From contig NW_003314311.1 in the NCBI RefSeq assembly GCF_000143415.4, forward strand, positions 1,000,769-1,064,768: a stretch of DNA of 64,000 nucleotides. The letters are read 5' to 3'. Shown one piece after another: positions 10,933 to 22,600 of the stretch; within the stretch, counting starts at the first letter, position 1; each line of letters starts with the position of its first letter. The notes under the pieces were generated by a model. That model was given only the letters and a program-made list of their open reading frames with translations. It was not told the origin of the DNA and did not search any database. Position numbers and translations under genes: made by a program. Source of the DNA: Selaginella moellendorffii (lineage: Eukaryota; Plantae; Lycopodiophyta).

Positions 10933-13028
10933 ATGGAGCATGGCCAGCAAGTGTACTGGAAATGCTGCTCACCTCTTGGTTTTGTGGTTCGGAGATTCAA
11001 CAGGCGAACTCCATCTGATCAAGGAAGTGCCACAGAGAACGAGCAGCTCGACGGCTTGAAAACCGTGACGAGGAACAAGGGGGGCTGGAAAACTACCCCC
11101 TTCATCATAGGTGCGTTGTCGTTATGTTTCCCAAAGCCCCTGCAGAAAACACGTGATCAGGCACAAATACAACAGTAAACACTTGTCTCGTTGGCTCACT
11201 CCAAACTGTTCTTCTGTGCCTGCAGGGAATGAGATCTCCGAGAAGTTGGCAATGATCGGACTTCATGTAAATCTTATAACGTACCTCGTGCAACAGCTCA
11301 ACATGAGCAATGTTCAGGCGGCTGTGACTCTGACTAACTTCAATGGCTTGAACAACATCACTCCGCTGCTGGGTGCGTACGTTGCGGATGCTCACTTGGG
11401 CCGATACATGACGATCATTATCGGCTCTCTAACATATGCCATTGTGAGTAATCTGTGTCACAGAAAAGTAGAACTTTTTATCGTACACCAAATCATTGAA
11501 AGTTTTACCTGTCCTCGCGTTTCAGGGAATTGTGATGCTCACAATCGATGCAACTTTCTCATCCCTCCGGCCGCCGCATTGCAACGTTGCCAAAGAAGTA
11601 GCCTGTCAACCGGCGTCGTCAGCTCAAAAGGCCTTCCTTTATATCTCCTTCGCGTTCTTCGCGCTTGGCTCCGGAGGCATCAAGCCTTGCGTTGCCGCGT
11701 TTGGAGCAGACCAGTTCGATCAGAAGAACTTGAAGCAAAGAAAGCAGTCGTTCAGCTTCTTCAACTGGTATTTCTTCGGCCTGGGAATTGCCATTCTTCT
11801 GTCCGTCACAGTCATCGTCTACGTCCAGGAGCACGTCGGATGGACCTGGGGTTTCGGAATCCCTGCCATTGCTATGGTCATATCCGTCATCTTCTTTCTC
11901 GTCGGCTCGCCATGGTACCGGCACGTTGCACCAAATGGAAGTCCCTTCATCAGGCTACTCCAAGTTGTAGCCGCAGCATATCGAAAACGCAGATTAAGCC
12001 TGCCGGAAGATCCCGCACACCTTCACAACGTTGAAGCCGAAACTGGAGTTCGTCTACAACACACGGACCAATTCAGGTGACGTTCTCTGCTCTTCGTAAA
12101 AAGTCTGACTTCGCCTCTCTCTCCCAGGTTCCTTGACAAGTCGGCCTGTCCAGCCGATGAAGACTTCGAAGACGGTAAACCTCTGCCATGGAGGCTGTGC
12201 TCCGTCCAGCAGGTAGAAGAGCTCAAATGCATCATAAGAACCTCGCCTATATGGGCCACTGGCATAGTCTTCACGCTAGCTCACGGCCTCCAAAACACTT
12301 TCACCATCCAGCAAGCCAGAAGTATGGACCGACACCTGCGCTCTTTCGTCATACCGCCTGCAACTTTCCACGTCTTCGGAATCCTGACACTGCTCGCTTG
12401 CGTTCCACTATACGACCGGGTCTTCATGCCGCTGGCCAGAAAAGTCACGGGCCACGAGCGCGGCATTACTTTCTTGCAGAGAATCGGAATCGGCCTCTTC
12501 ATCTCTATAATGGCCATGGTAGTTGCGGCGTTTGCCGAAGGAGCTCGGAGAAAGGCAGCACTAAATGCCGGACTCCTGGACCACCCCCACCGAACGGTTC
12601 CTTTCTCTGCCTTCTGGCTGGCGCCACAGTTCATCCTTATCGGCATGTCCGAGTCTTTCGTATCCATCGGACATCTGGAGTTCTTCTACGATCAGTTTCC
12701 AGAGCATCTCCGCAGCCTTGCCAGTGCGTTGTTTTCGAGCATCACTGCGCTGGGTAGCTACCTCAGCAGTATTCTCGTCACTGTTGTTAACAGAGAGACC
12801 TCCCGCGGGGGACGAGTAAGCTGGCTCAGCAACAACCTCAACAAAGGCCACCTTGATTACTTCTACTGGCTGCAGGCCGTGCTGTTTGCAGTAAACTTCG
12901 TCATATTCCTGTTTTGCGCTCGCTGGTACAGATACAAATCGATTATTGCCGACGAAGACAGTCTGGATTCTGAGAAAGTAGCACTGGAGCTCGTAGCCAC
13001 TGACAAATTGGACGACAGTAGAAAATGA
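10933..13028 (+). CDS. NPF3: NRT1/PTR family transporter, NPF3-like (multi-exon; start approximate)
   Basis: GGWKTTPFIIG|NEISEKLA (ExxEK motif), LLGAYVADAHLGRY, GSGGIKPCVAAFGADQFD, FFNWYFF, QVEELK, GHLEFFYDQFPEHLRS, GHLDYFYW. Confidence 0.92.
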
Positions 13029-13306
13029 CCGACCACGTAGGCTCTTCTGCAAAAACTGCTAAGAGTGTTGATCGGTTGAAAAGGTCAGGAAACCTGTCAC
13101 CGCATAAACGCTCATCATGTAAGCAAAGCACGGATAACTTAACCTGAAAAGAGTAAAGTATAAATTAAAAAAAAAAAAGATTTGCGTTGTATAGGCCCAG
13201 AAGGCTCTCTCTTCCTGTCCTAGTTATACGCCTGTACAATAACCACTCTCAGGGGCCGAAATGATAAAAAAGATATCCTTGGCAAAGCCAAACCTGCTAC
13301 CCTCGT

Positions 13307-16300
13307 TCAAATATCCACGTAGTTTGGAATTTTGGTTTGTCCAAGGAAGACATAATTTAGTTCCTCTTTCCAAACCTGCAGGAAAGAAAGACGTTGCCAC
13401 AACACAAGCCTCTGGAGCTCCATACCTCATGCCGAAATTCGATTCGCATATGTGGAACATTTGACTTATGAATGTCATTCCCCGCAGGTCCTCGAAGGTG
13501 ACAGTTGTTCCCAAGCCAGTGACACTGCAGTTAACTCGGACAAGTCAAGGCACAAGGCAACAATAATAGCAACAAAAAGTACACCTTCACTCCATGATCG
13601 AAGCCAGACTGGTTAACCGAATTCCGAGCTATCTCACATATATCACAAGAGCTAAGCTTCCAAACCTGCGAGATGGTACTGGTTAGCTGAGTTATTACAA
13701 TCAAAAGAACAAAAACCAGTAAAACCTGAGCTGCAATACTGTATTCTTCAACCAAAGGTTCCTTAGTAAGATGGATCTGTAGAGGGTCATCCGTCGACAG
13801 TGAAACATTCAGCCCGCGAGCAAAAAACATTGGAAACGGATTTCGATGATAATCCAGAAAAAGAGAGTTGTTACTCAGAGGGGACATGCTCAAGCCGATC
13901 TGAAACAAGACTCAGTCACCAACCACAAAGATACCAAGACAAACCTGAGCGAGGTAAAATAAATATTGTAGACCCGGCGACTTCCGGAGATTATTTCCAT
14001 GGGCGATATTATGGGTCAAGAGAAAAGCTGCGGCAAGGTGGTCAACATCTCCAGCCTGGGTAGGCAAGGTAAGAGTAGCATAGCGAGCCTAGTCTCATCA
14101 GAACATACCTCGCCAGCGTGAGGACGGAATTTGATCGTAGACATTCCTTTCGACTCTCGTAGCTACAACAGCACAGTTCGAACGTATTGAAGAGAAAACT
14201 AAGAAAAGCTTACCTTGTTAAGTGTGTAGAGATTGGCATACACGTAATATGCCCAGTACGAGTATGCTGGATTGAAAGAAATTTGCCACTGTTCGGGAGT
14301 CTGCATATGCTTAGTTGGCCGTCTTTCGGGTTTGCTTTCATCGTCCACCATGTCAAAACCGACAACCTGCATAAAGTTCAGTGATTAAGCTCTAGTTCGA
14401 GATGAACACAAAGTAATACCTGCTTAAGAAACACATGGAGTTGAGGATGTGAATCGGGATTCACAGTGACCTCGAACAACGGTATAAAAACGTTGTCAAG
14501 AATTGACTGAAAAGAGGTAACAATGCCCATATCATAATAAACATTGTACAAGCGCGGAAGCTGCATGAACGCAAAGCATGTAGAAGACAAACGAGTGAAT
14601 AATTCGCAAACCTGGATTAGCCAGACGACGTTCTCACTATACAAATCGTTGTTCACAATCCAGCTTGCTAATTGATCCCACTCGCTTTGTTTTCTGCCAT
14701 AAACAGAGATCCTATATTCTGCCATCTGCATTTGTACACAAGCTCAGATTGACACATGAAGGTAAGCGAATAAAAACCTGATATTTGCTGCCAGCAAGAT
14801 CGGAGAAGACTTCCTTCGTCAACTCGGCCAAAAAACGTCCTGTAAACCAGCAAGCGTAATGATGGAAAAAAAAAGAAGAAAGAATAGGCGGAGAAATTAA
14901 CATACCTTGAATCAGATTGTCCTGCTTCAAGAATATTTCTCGGAGCCTACTTTGCCCACAAGGATTGTATTTTAAGTTAAATTTATCGAATCTATGGAAA
15001 GTATTTTTGTCCGCATGTACATCTAGAAGATCCACATTGAGGTCATAACTGAGAAAACCGAGAGTTAGAAAATCGGAGTGGAAAACTTGCAGATTACCCT
15101 GTCAAGTCTAGACTTTCAAAAACTTCCTTCAACGTAAGATACTTCCCATCACGAAAAATAACAACCTGTCCACAAAAAATGGTGTTAGCAAGTCAAAAGA
15201 AAATAACAATCTCACCTCATCAGGTTCTTTTCTCAATTTCGACTTGATAAAACGCAGGAGATGCTTCTGATTCATACACGACGAGTGATGAACGTGAGTG
15301 TCAACCTTACGAACGTTGTAAAAGTCACGATGTGGTGCACTCTTTTGAGCCAAGAATTCCCGATCTGCATTAAGCATCAAGTGCAGACTAAATTTCTGCA
15401 TCCCGGGAACCGAATAAACTTAACCATAATATCAAAGCACTTTTATACAACATACCTGCTCTAGGAGACGAAGCCTGTGGTGGCAGAGAGTTCGAACATT
15501 GCCGAGTGAGACGATTCGAAGTATCCTATGCATGTCAGTAAAAAAGGTTGTAGCATCAGCAACCGGGAAGAGTTCCTCTTTGGCTGATTACACAGTTATT
15601 AAAACCTTAGTTGCAAGGAAAAGTTGGTAAGAAAGTAAGTACCATCAGCATCCGTATAGACATGGACCACTCCGTTTTCCATGCGATAAACGTGCTATAT
15701 AATAAAAACAAAATCAAATACAGTACGTAAAATATCGTGTTTCGAACCTTGCTGGGAGCTTGAGGCTCGTATCGAAATGGATCCGGGTTTGCTTTGGGTG
15801 TTGACGAGTCAAAGATCCCCTTCTTCCAGGGAGGCACCATTTCCCGAAACACGTACTTGTCTCGCATTTCTAGGCACTCTTGCATCATCAGGCAAACCTC
15901 CTCTTCCTCGTCCGAAGGAGCGTCTAGAATAACGACCAAGTGTTAAAAACGCTCGCATCAACCTTCGAAAACAAACCGATTGGAGCCACATTGAGGCGAA
16001 CAAAAGTCTCTTGTTCTGGCTCCTTTCGGAGGATGTCGGCAGCAACAGGATCCGGTGCGTGATGCATCTCTCCCGGGATACTGATCGATCGATTCATGGC
16101 CTTCTGCTGCTCCGAAGTGTCGCTCACAACTGCGCCCGCGGGAGGCTCAACCTGATTACAACAGCATAGAACTCATCACTGGTAGAAAGCAAGCAAAAAG
16201 AAAGAAAAAACATTGACAAAAGTAAAAAAGGAAACTTACGGCATTATCTCTCGGAGACGATAGCTCGGGAGTCACACCATCCACAGCAACTTCATCCTCG

Positions 16301-16892
16301 CCGAGATCACTCTCATTGTCTGATTCTTCCATACTTCCAAAAGCACCATTACTTGCCGTAGGAGAGGAGCGCATCACGGAATTCCCCAAAGGAGTAGCTC
16401 TTCTAGCAGAGTGAAGAGACTGGCAAGAGCCTAGCAAGAAAAGACTTGATCGATTTGCAGTAACAGAAAAGGAAAGCACTGACCTTCACGTTTGGTCTTG
16501 ACTTTGGGCAATCCAGGAGGGATCGCGCAGGCACTGTGGTCAAATGCAGCCTTTTCGATCTTCTCATCGTGATCGGACACGGACGGGGAGGTGGAGGAGA
16601 CGAGCTTCGAATCGGAGTGATTCGTGAGCCCGTTGGCCACGGTCCCCGTCTCCACAGCCAAAATTTCGTAGCTCTTGGCCTCCACCACCGTCTTGGATCG
16701 CCTACACTGCGAGCGCCTCACCTTATCCTCCTTGCCAAGCTTCCGGCGCTCCAATCCGCGCTCCAGCAGCCGCTCCATGGATCTCTGATGCATCCAGTAG
16801 GCCGATATCGCCATGAAGCTCGCGCCGACGATCGCTGCGGCCGTCAGGGAGACGAGCGACGGGATTTTGCTGCTGTCCGCCGAGGATTCCAT
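13307..16892 (-). CDS. AMPD: AMP deaminase (plant type with N-terminal membrane anchor), multi-exon
   Basis: [18 protein letters not shown] anchor, [71 protein letters not shown]; last exon [22 protein letters not shown]. Confidence 0.97.
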
Positions 16893-17314
16893 GGCGGAGC
16901 TCCTCCCAAACCCTAGGGCTTGTAAAATCCAAAACACCACTCTTCCTCTGTGACACAAAAAGAGAGCTAGGCAGCAGCATATTTAAAGAGAGTGTCTATC
17001 ATTTTAGCTACTACCACTGCAGGTAAATCTTTTTTACTCGCAAGTGGTCTGTGCGTAGTGTGTACCTTTGTCAATTATGCAAAGGCGAAGAACCAACATG
17101 AGAGTCTCTCAAAGATATGCGAGGAATTTCGAAAACGATATGCCAGCAAATGGGGCACACTTGTACGGCTCGCGATCGAGATCCGACGGCCCCTATCTGC
17201 CACGTGGTAGAATATCCTTGGCTTAAACCCTAGCGAGGGAATGAAATATTTCTAGGGTTTTGTTGGAGCTGCGAAAATGTAAGCAATCGATCGCTATGGC
17301 TGAGCGAAATATCG
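16893..17314. promoter_or_regulatory. Putative bidirectional promoter between AMPD and the DYW-PPR gene
   Basis: Divergent start codons about 420 bp apart; telo-box-like AAACCCTA (~16908, ~17226, reverse ~17253) and GCCACGTGG (~17199). Confidence 0.45.
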
Positions 17315-19546
17315 ATGCTTCGATCGAGATCCAATGCGCGTGTTGGATGGATTGTCTTCGTTCTGGTGAGGAGATTTATTTCGCCTCCGGCAGGGCAATC
17401 CGAGGTATCGCGGGTTGTGGCAGCACTGAAATCGTGCAAAGATTTGGACATCGGGAGGAGGATTCACAGAGATGCTGCTGGAAGAGGGCTGGACACGAAT
17501 GTTTACGTTGCCGGGAGCTTGGTTTCGATGTACGCCAAGCACGGGAGCATGGTGGATGCCCAAAGGGTCTTTGATAGAATGGCTCGTCCAGACGTGGTCT
17601 CCTGGAATTCGCTGATATTCGGCTATGCAAACAACGGGCATGGAGGTATGGCTCTGGATTCTTTTGGACTGATGCAAAGGAAAGGCTTCGTTCCAAATGC
17701 CAGGACTTTTGTTGCGGCTCTGAAAGCTTGCAGCGCTCTCGCAAGTCAAGAACAGGGTCAGGAGCTGGGTGGAAAAGCTCTAAAAATCGGATCTTTGCAG
17801 AAGGGTCTCACGATTTACGACCAAGCTGTGAAGATCGGCTGTGACTCGGACATTTTTGTTCCAAATGCGGCAGTGGATCTTTTCGCGAAATGTGGGAGCT
17901 TGAAAGAAGCCCGGAGAGTTTTTGACGGTATGACGCAGCGGGACGTCGTTACTTGGAATTCAGTCATGGTGGGACACGGTGACAATGGTGAACCAGAGTC
18001 GGCTCTAGAGTTATTCCAGGAGATGAAAGCTCGGGGCTGTCAGCCAAACGCTCGGAGCTACGTTGCTGCAGTGAAGGCTTGCACAAGTCTGGCATCAAAA
18101 GAGGAGGCTGTGCGACTTTCGGGCAAACATGAAGTAAAAGTTCGCTCACTGGAGAGAGGAATGGCTATACACGCCGAAGCTGCTAAAGGTGGTCTCGAGT
18201 TGGAGTACTTCGTCGCAAACACGCTGGTGGATTTCTACGTCAAGTGTGGGAGCTCGGCAGACGCTCGCAGAGTTTTTGACAAGATGCCACTGCACGATGT
18301 GGTGTCCTGGACGGCGCTGGTGCTGGGCTACGCTGAAAATGGTGAAGGCAAGGTGGCCTTGGATCTCTTCGAGGACATGCAACGTCGGGGCTGTACACCG
18401 AATGCTTGGACCTTCCTCGCCGCTCTGAAGGCCTGTAGCTGCGTGGTGGCTGTCGAGTACGTCAAAGCAGTCCTCGCGGATATCTACAGGTTTGGTTTCG
18501 AAAGCGATGCTGTTCTAGCTAACTGTATCGTTGATGCATATGGCAAATGCGGGAGGGTCGATGACGCTCAGCTCTTCTTTGACACACTCTGCAAAACAAA
18601 CTCCATCACCTGGACTTCGATCATATCTGGATACACTTCGCAAGGGGACGCAGAGAACGCCTTTGTTTTTTTCAAGAAGATGCGAGACGAAGGTTTGCAA
18701 CCAAATGCGGTCACTTTCGTATCCGTTCTCACAGCCTGTAGCTACGCGGGACTGGTTAAGCAGGGAAAACGGTACTTCGAGATGATGAGCACCGACTATG
18801 GTTTAACTCCCGGGATCCAGCACTACACCTGCATGGTGGATATCTTGGCCAGAGCAAACGAACTAGACGCGGCAGTGGCAATGGTGAAAACGATGCCTTT
18901 CGAAGCGGACTCTGTGACATGGAGGACGGTTTTAAGCTCTTGCCGGAAGTGGAAAAACTTGGAGAAAGGAAAGGTCGCGTTTGAGGCTCTGGTTAAGCTG
19001 GAAGAGGGCGACGTCTCGGCCTATATGCTGATGGGAAGCATCTACGGCAGCCAGGGAATGTGGGAGGAGCAGAGCCGAGTCGAGGCAATGAGAACGAGAG
19101 CTCGAGCGTGGAAGAAGTTTGAGCCGGCACAGAGCTGGTGGGTCGATCCAGCGGGAAGAGTTCACTCCTTTTTAGCTGCTGGAGAGAAGAATCATCCGCA
19201 GAGGGACGAGATCCAGGCGAAGCTGAGCAGCCTTGTGCTGAGAATGAAGGACCAAGGCTACGTTCCAGACTTTGGAAGCTTGAATAACGCCAGCAGCAGG
19301 ATTTCTAGCGAGGAGAAAGAGGACGCTTTGTGCGGGCACAGCGAGAGGCTAGCGATCGCTTGCGCGCTCATCAACACGGCCCCAGGCGCGACGATCAGAG
19401 TGACCAAGAATCTGAGAGTATGCGACGATTGCCACAGGGCGATTGGATTGATCTCCAAGATCGAGCAGCGGGCGATAATTTGCAGGGACGCGAGCCGCTT
19501 CCATTCTTACAAAGATGGAGCGTGCTCTTGTAACGATCACTGGTAG
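17315..19546 (+). CDS. PLS-E-DYW PPR protein (cytidine deaminase-type RNA editing factor), WW-type PG box, ending in DHW
   Basis: PLS repeats, E domain, PAQSWWVD, HSERLA, KNLRVCDDCH, RDASRFH...CSCNDHW. Confidence 0.95.
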   Translation: MLRSRSNARVGWIVFVLVRRFISPPAGQSEVSRVVAALKSCKDLDIGRRIHRDAAGRGLDTNVYVAGSLVSMYAKHGSMVDAQRVFDRMARPDVVSWNSLIFGYANNGHGGMALDSFGLMQRKGFVPNARTFVAALKACSALASQEQGQELGGKALKIGSLQKGLTIYDQAVKIGCDSDIFVPNAAVDLFAKCGSLKEARRVFDGMTQRDVVTWNSVMVGHGDNGEPESALELFQEMKARGCQPNARSYVAAVKACTSLASKEEAVRLSGKHEVKVRSLERGMAIHAEAAKGGLELEYFVANTLVDFYVKCGSSADARRVFDKMPLHDVVSWTALVLGYAENGEGKVALDLFEDMQRRGCTPNAWTFLAALKACSCVVAVEYVKAVLADIYRFGFESDAVLANCIVDAYGKCGRVDDAQLFFDTLCKTNSITWTSIISGYTSQGDAENAFVFFKKMRDEGLQPNAVTFVSVLTACSYAGLVKQGKRYFEMMSTDYGLTPGIQHYTCMVDILARANELDAAVAMVKTMPFEADSVTWRTVLSSCRKWKNLEKGKVAFEALVKLEEGDVSAYMLMGSIYGSQGMWEEQSRVEAMRTRARAWKKFEPAQSWWVDPAGRVHSFLAAGEKNHPQRDEIQAKLSSLVLRMKDQGYVPDFGSLNNASSRISSEEKEDALCGHSERLAIACALINTAPGATIRVTKNLRVCDDCHRAIGLISKIEQRAIICRDASRFHSYKDGACSCNDHW

Positions 19547-19653
19547 AAATCGGGCGCTAACGTTAACGCGCCAGTTTTAAAATTTGAAACTAAGCATATT
19601 TTTTATGCTTCCAACGGATCTAGGGCTAGGGCGAGGGATTCTTCCATGGCTTG

Positions 19654-22600
19654 ATGGACAAGGCGCGGCTTGACCAGGTGAGTCCGACCCATCGATCGCC
19701 GGATTGCGCAGCTCTGATCGAGGCGCGCGTTCTTCCAGGTCCAATCGAAGAAGAAGCAGAAGCTATCGGCGAAATCAATCTCTCCGGTCGCGAGGAGGGC
19801 GAGCTTGGACGACTCGTCGCCGCACAGGAAATGCAGCCTGGACGGGTTCATTGTGAGTAACAAGAGTCCAGTGTCAGTGGCCGAGGCTACTCGGGAGAAG
19901 CGCAGCGTCGTGGAGGCGAATTCTTCCGTGAGGACGAGTCTTTGCAACCGGATTGAGGATCGCATCGCTCTTAAGAGGTGTTCTACGTCGATTCACGGGC
20001 AGGAAAACGAGGAACAGCGGGAGAAGAAGATTAAGCAAGAGGAAAATCACAAGCCCGACAATCAGCCAGAAGATAAGCTCACTGCTTTCAGTGCATTGTT
20101 GGAGGGACAGGAAAGCAAACGAGAAGAAATAGCGAACGAGTTCCTGGCGATCTGTCTCCAGTAAGTGACGATGATCTTTTTTCTTTCATTCCTTTCTGCT
20201 GATGCGTCTGTTTGGTTTCAGTGGTGTTTCCCCGACAAAAAAGGTAGCAGCTACCTCTAGAGATGTTTTGCAAGAGAAGAGCGAGAAGATGGACGTCTCT
20301 CCAAAGCTTTGTGGCGATTCCTCTCAGTGCAACGAAGTGGAACGAGCGGCTGAAATGGTTGAAATGGCCGACAGACAATTACCGGCCTTTCAGCACAGTG
20401 CGAAGAAGCCACCATGCACTCCTCATGCAAGCGCTGGAAATGGTGGCGAGCCCAAGCTGACTCCGAACTGGCTACTCGACAACAAGTATGTATCACCAGG
20501 AGATAGCTTCTGGGACGAGGCAATACGCGTCCTTGGGAGCAAGAAAGGTGACTGCTCGGAAGTGAAGTCGCGTATCAACCCCGACGGTCCTAATTTATTG
20601 AACTCTCCGCTACCGGTCGTGTGCTTCGACTTTGCGAGTCATGACAACATTGGCAAAGAAGCTGCTGCAGCTCCCACTGAAGAAGGAAAGGCAATCGTGA
20701 ACGATCCATCGTCCTCAGTCTCCGGTGAGAAGTTATCCGATTGGCTTCCGGCTGAATTATGTGAAGGATACTTTCGGAAGGGGGTTAGAAGACTGTATCA
20801 ATGGCAGGTATGCTAACTGTTTGTGATTTTACTGCCTACTTACAAGAAACTACAGGTTGATTGTCTACGCCTTGATGGAGTTTTGGATGGTAAAAGTCTT
20901 GTTTACTGTGCCTCGACAAGGTACTTGAGATTTCTTATTTAGTTTTCTTTTATGGTAATCCTGAAAACTTTTGACAGTGCAGGAAAGAGTCTTGTTGCAG
21001 AAATCTTGATGTTAAAAAGAGTGCTGGCGACAGGGAAAATGGCAATGCTGGTTTTACCATATGTCGCGTTGTGTTCTGAGAAGGTACGCTTGGTTTTCTT
21101 TTGTCAAAACGTCAACTGGTTTTTGCTTTGCTAGACAGAGCATTTAGAGGCGGTACTGGAACATGTTGGCAAGCGTGTCCGTGGATATTTTGGGACTCAC
21201 GGGACTAAAACGCTACCTCCAGATACTTCACTTGCAGTTTGTACCATCGAAAAAGCGAACTCACTCATCAATAAGTTGGTAGAGGATGGGCGGCTGTCCG
21301 AACTAGCAGTTGTAGTTATAGATGAGCTTCATATGGTATGGATACTGACATCCCAATATCTTTCTTATAACAGTCTGGTGCAGGTTGGAGATAAAGAAAG
21401 AGGTTATTTGCTAGAACTGTTGTTGACCAAGCTACGATATGCGGCCGGTAAAGGTGACTGTGAAAACAGCAGCCCCGACGGCCCAACGAGCTTACAAATT
21501 ATAGGAATGAGTGCAACGATGCCTAATGTAGCAGCCGTTGCATCATGGCTTCAGGTATTGCAATCTTTTATTCAAGTCTTATAGACCATGATGATATTTT
21601 GCAGGCTGCATTTTATGAGACTAACTTTCGCCCGGTTCCTTTAGACGAACACATTAAAGTCGGGAACACCATTTACGATACTAGTATGAATACTGTTCGT
21701 GCTCTAAAAGTAGGCTCTGAACTTGGCGGCAAGGATCCAGATCACATCGTCCATCTGTGCCATGAGGTTACTTCTGCGTTTTACCCCTTTCATAGGCCTT
21801 ACTGATTCCAGTTTGTGCTCTTTGTTGTCTAGGTGGTTAATAAAGGCCATTCTGTGCTTTTGTTTTGTTCAAGTCGTCATGCCTGCGAAACCACTGCCCG
21901 TCATGTTGCAAAATATTTGCCAAAGTTTTCAGTGTCTTCTCAAGGGAATGCAGCAACCTACAGAGATGGATCCGAAGCAGCTGAAATATTGCGTAAGTGC
22001 CCCGCGGGTTTGGACCCTGTGCTGGGAGATACCCTGCCGGCTGGTGTCGCCTACCATCACGCGGGTCTCACGGTAATTCTGTCTGAAGTTTTCAACCTCT
22101 GTATTCTACTTTGATCTTACAGGCCGAGGAAAGAGAAGTTGTAGAAACTTGCTACAGACAAGGAATCGTTCGTGTATTAACAGCGACCTCGACACTTGCT
22201 GCTGGTGTGAATCTTCCAGCTCGAAGAGTAATCTTTCGGACTCCCAAAATTGGGCGGGACTTTTTGGATGGGACGAGATACAGGCAAATGGCTGGGAGAG
22301 CAGGAAGAGCAGGGATAGACACGCATGGCGAGAGTGTAAGACTTCTCCCGTTTATGTATTCTGAAATTTTCCGACTGTTGGTTTTGCAGATATTAATCTG
22401 TAAAAGTGAGGAGCTCAGTAGGATGCTTCCCATTCTGAAAGAAGGTTGTCAACCGTTGCAGTCATGTCTCGCCGAGGAAAAGAATGGAATGATGAGAGCT
22501 CTTTTGGAGGTGGTGGCTGGTGGCATCGTCCAAAGCGCACAGGATGTCAACCGCTATGTGCGCTGTACCCTTCTCAACTCTACACAACCTTTTGATGACG

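Noticed and set aside
13307-19546. Two deaminase genes (AMPD and DYW) head-to-head
   Set aside because: Unrelated folds, substrates and compartments; most likely coincidence in a PPR-rich genome
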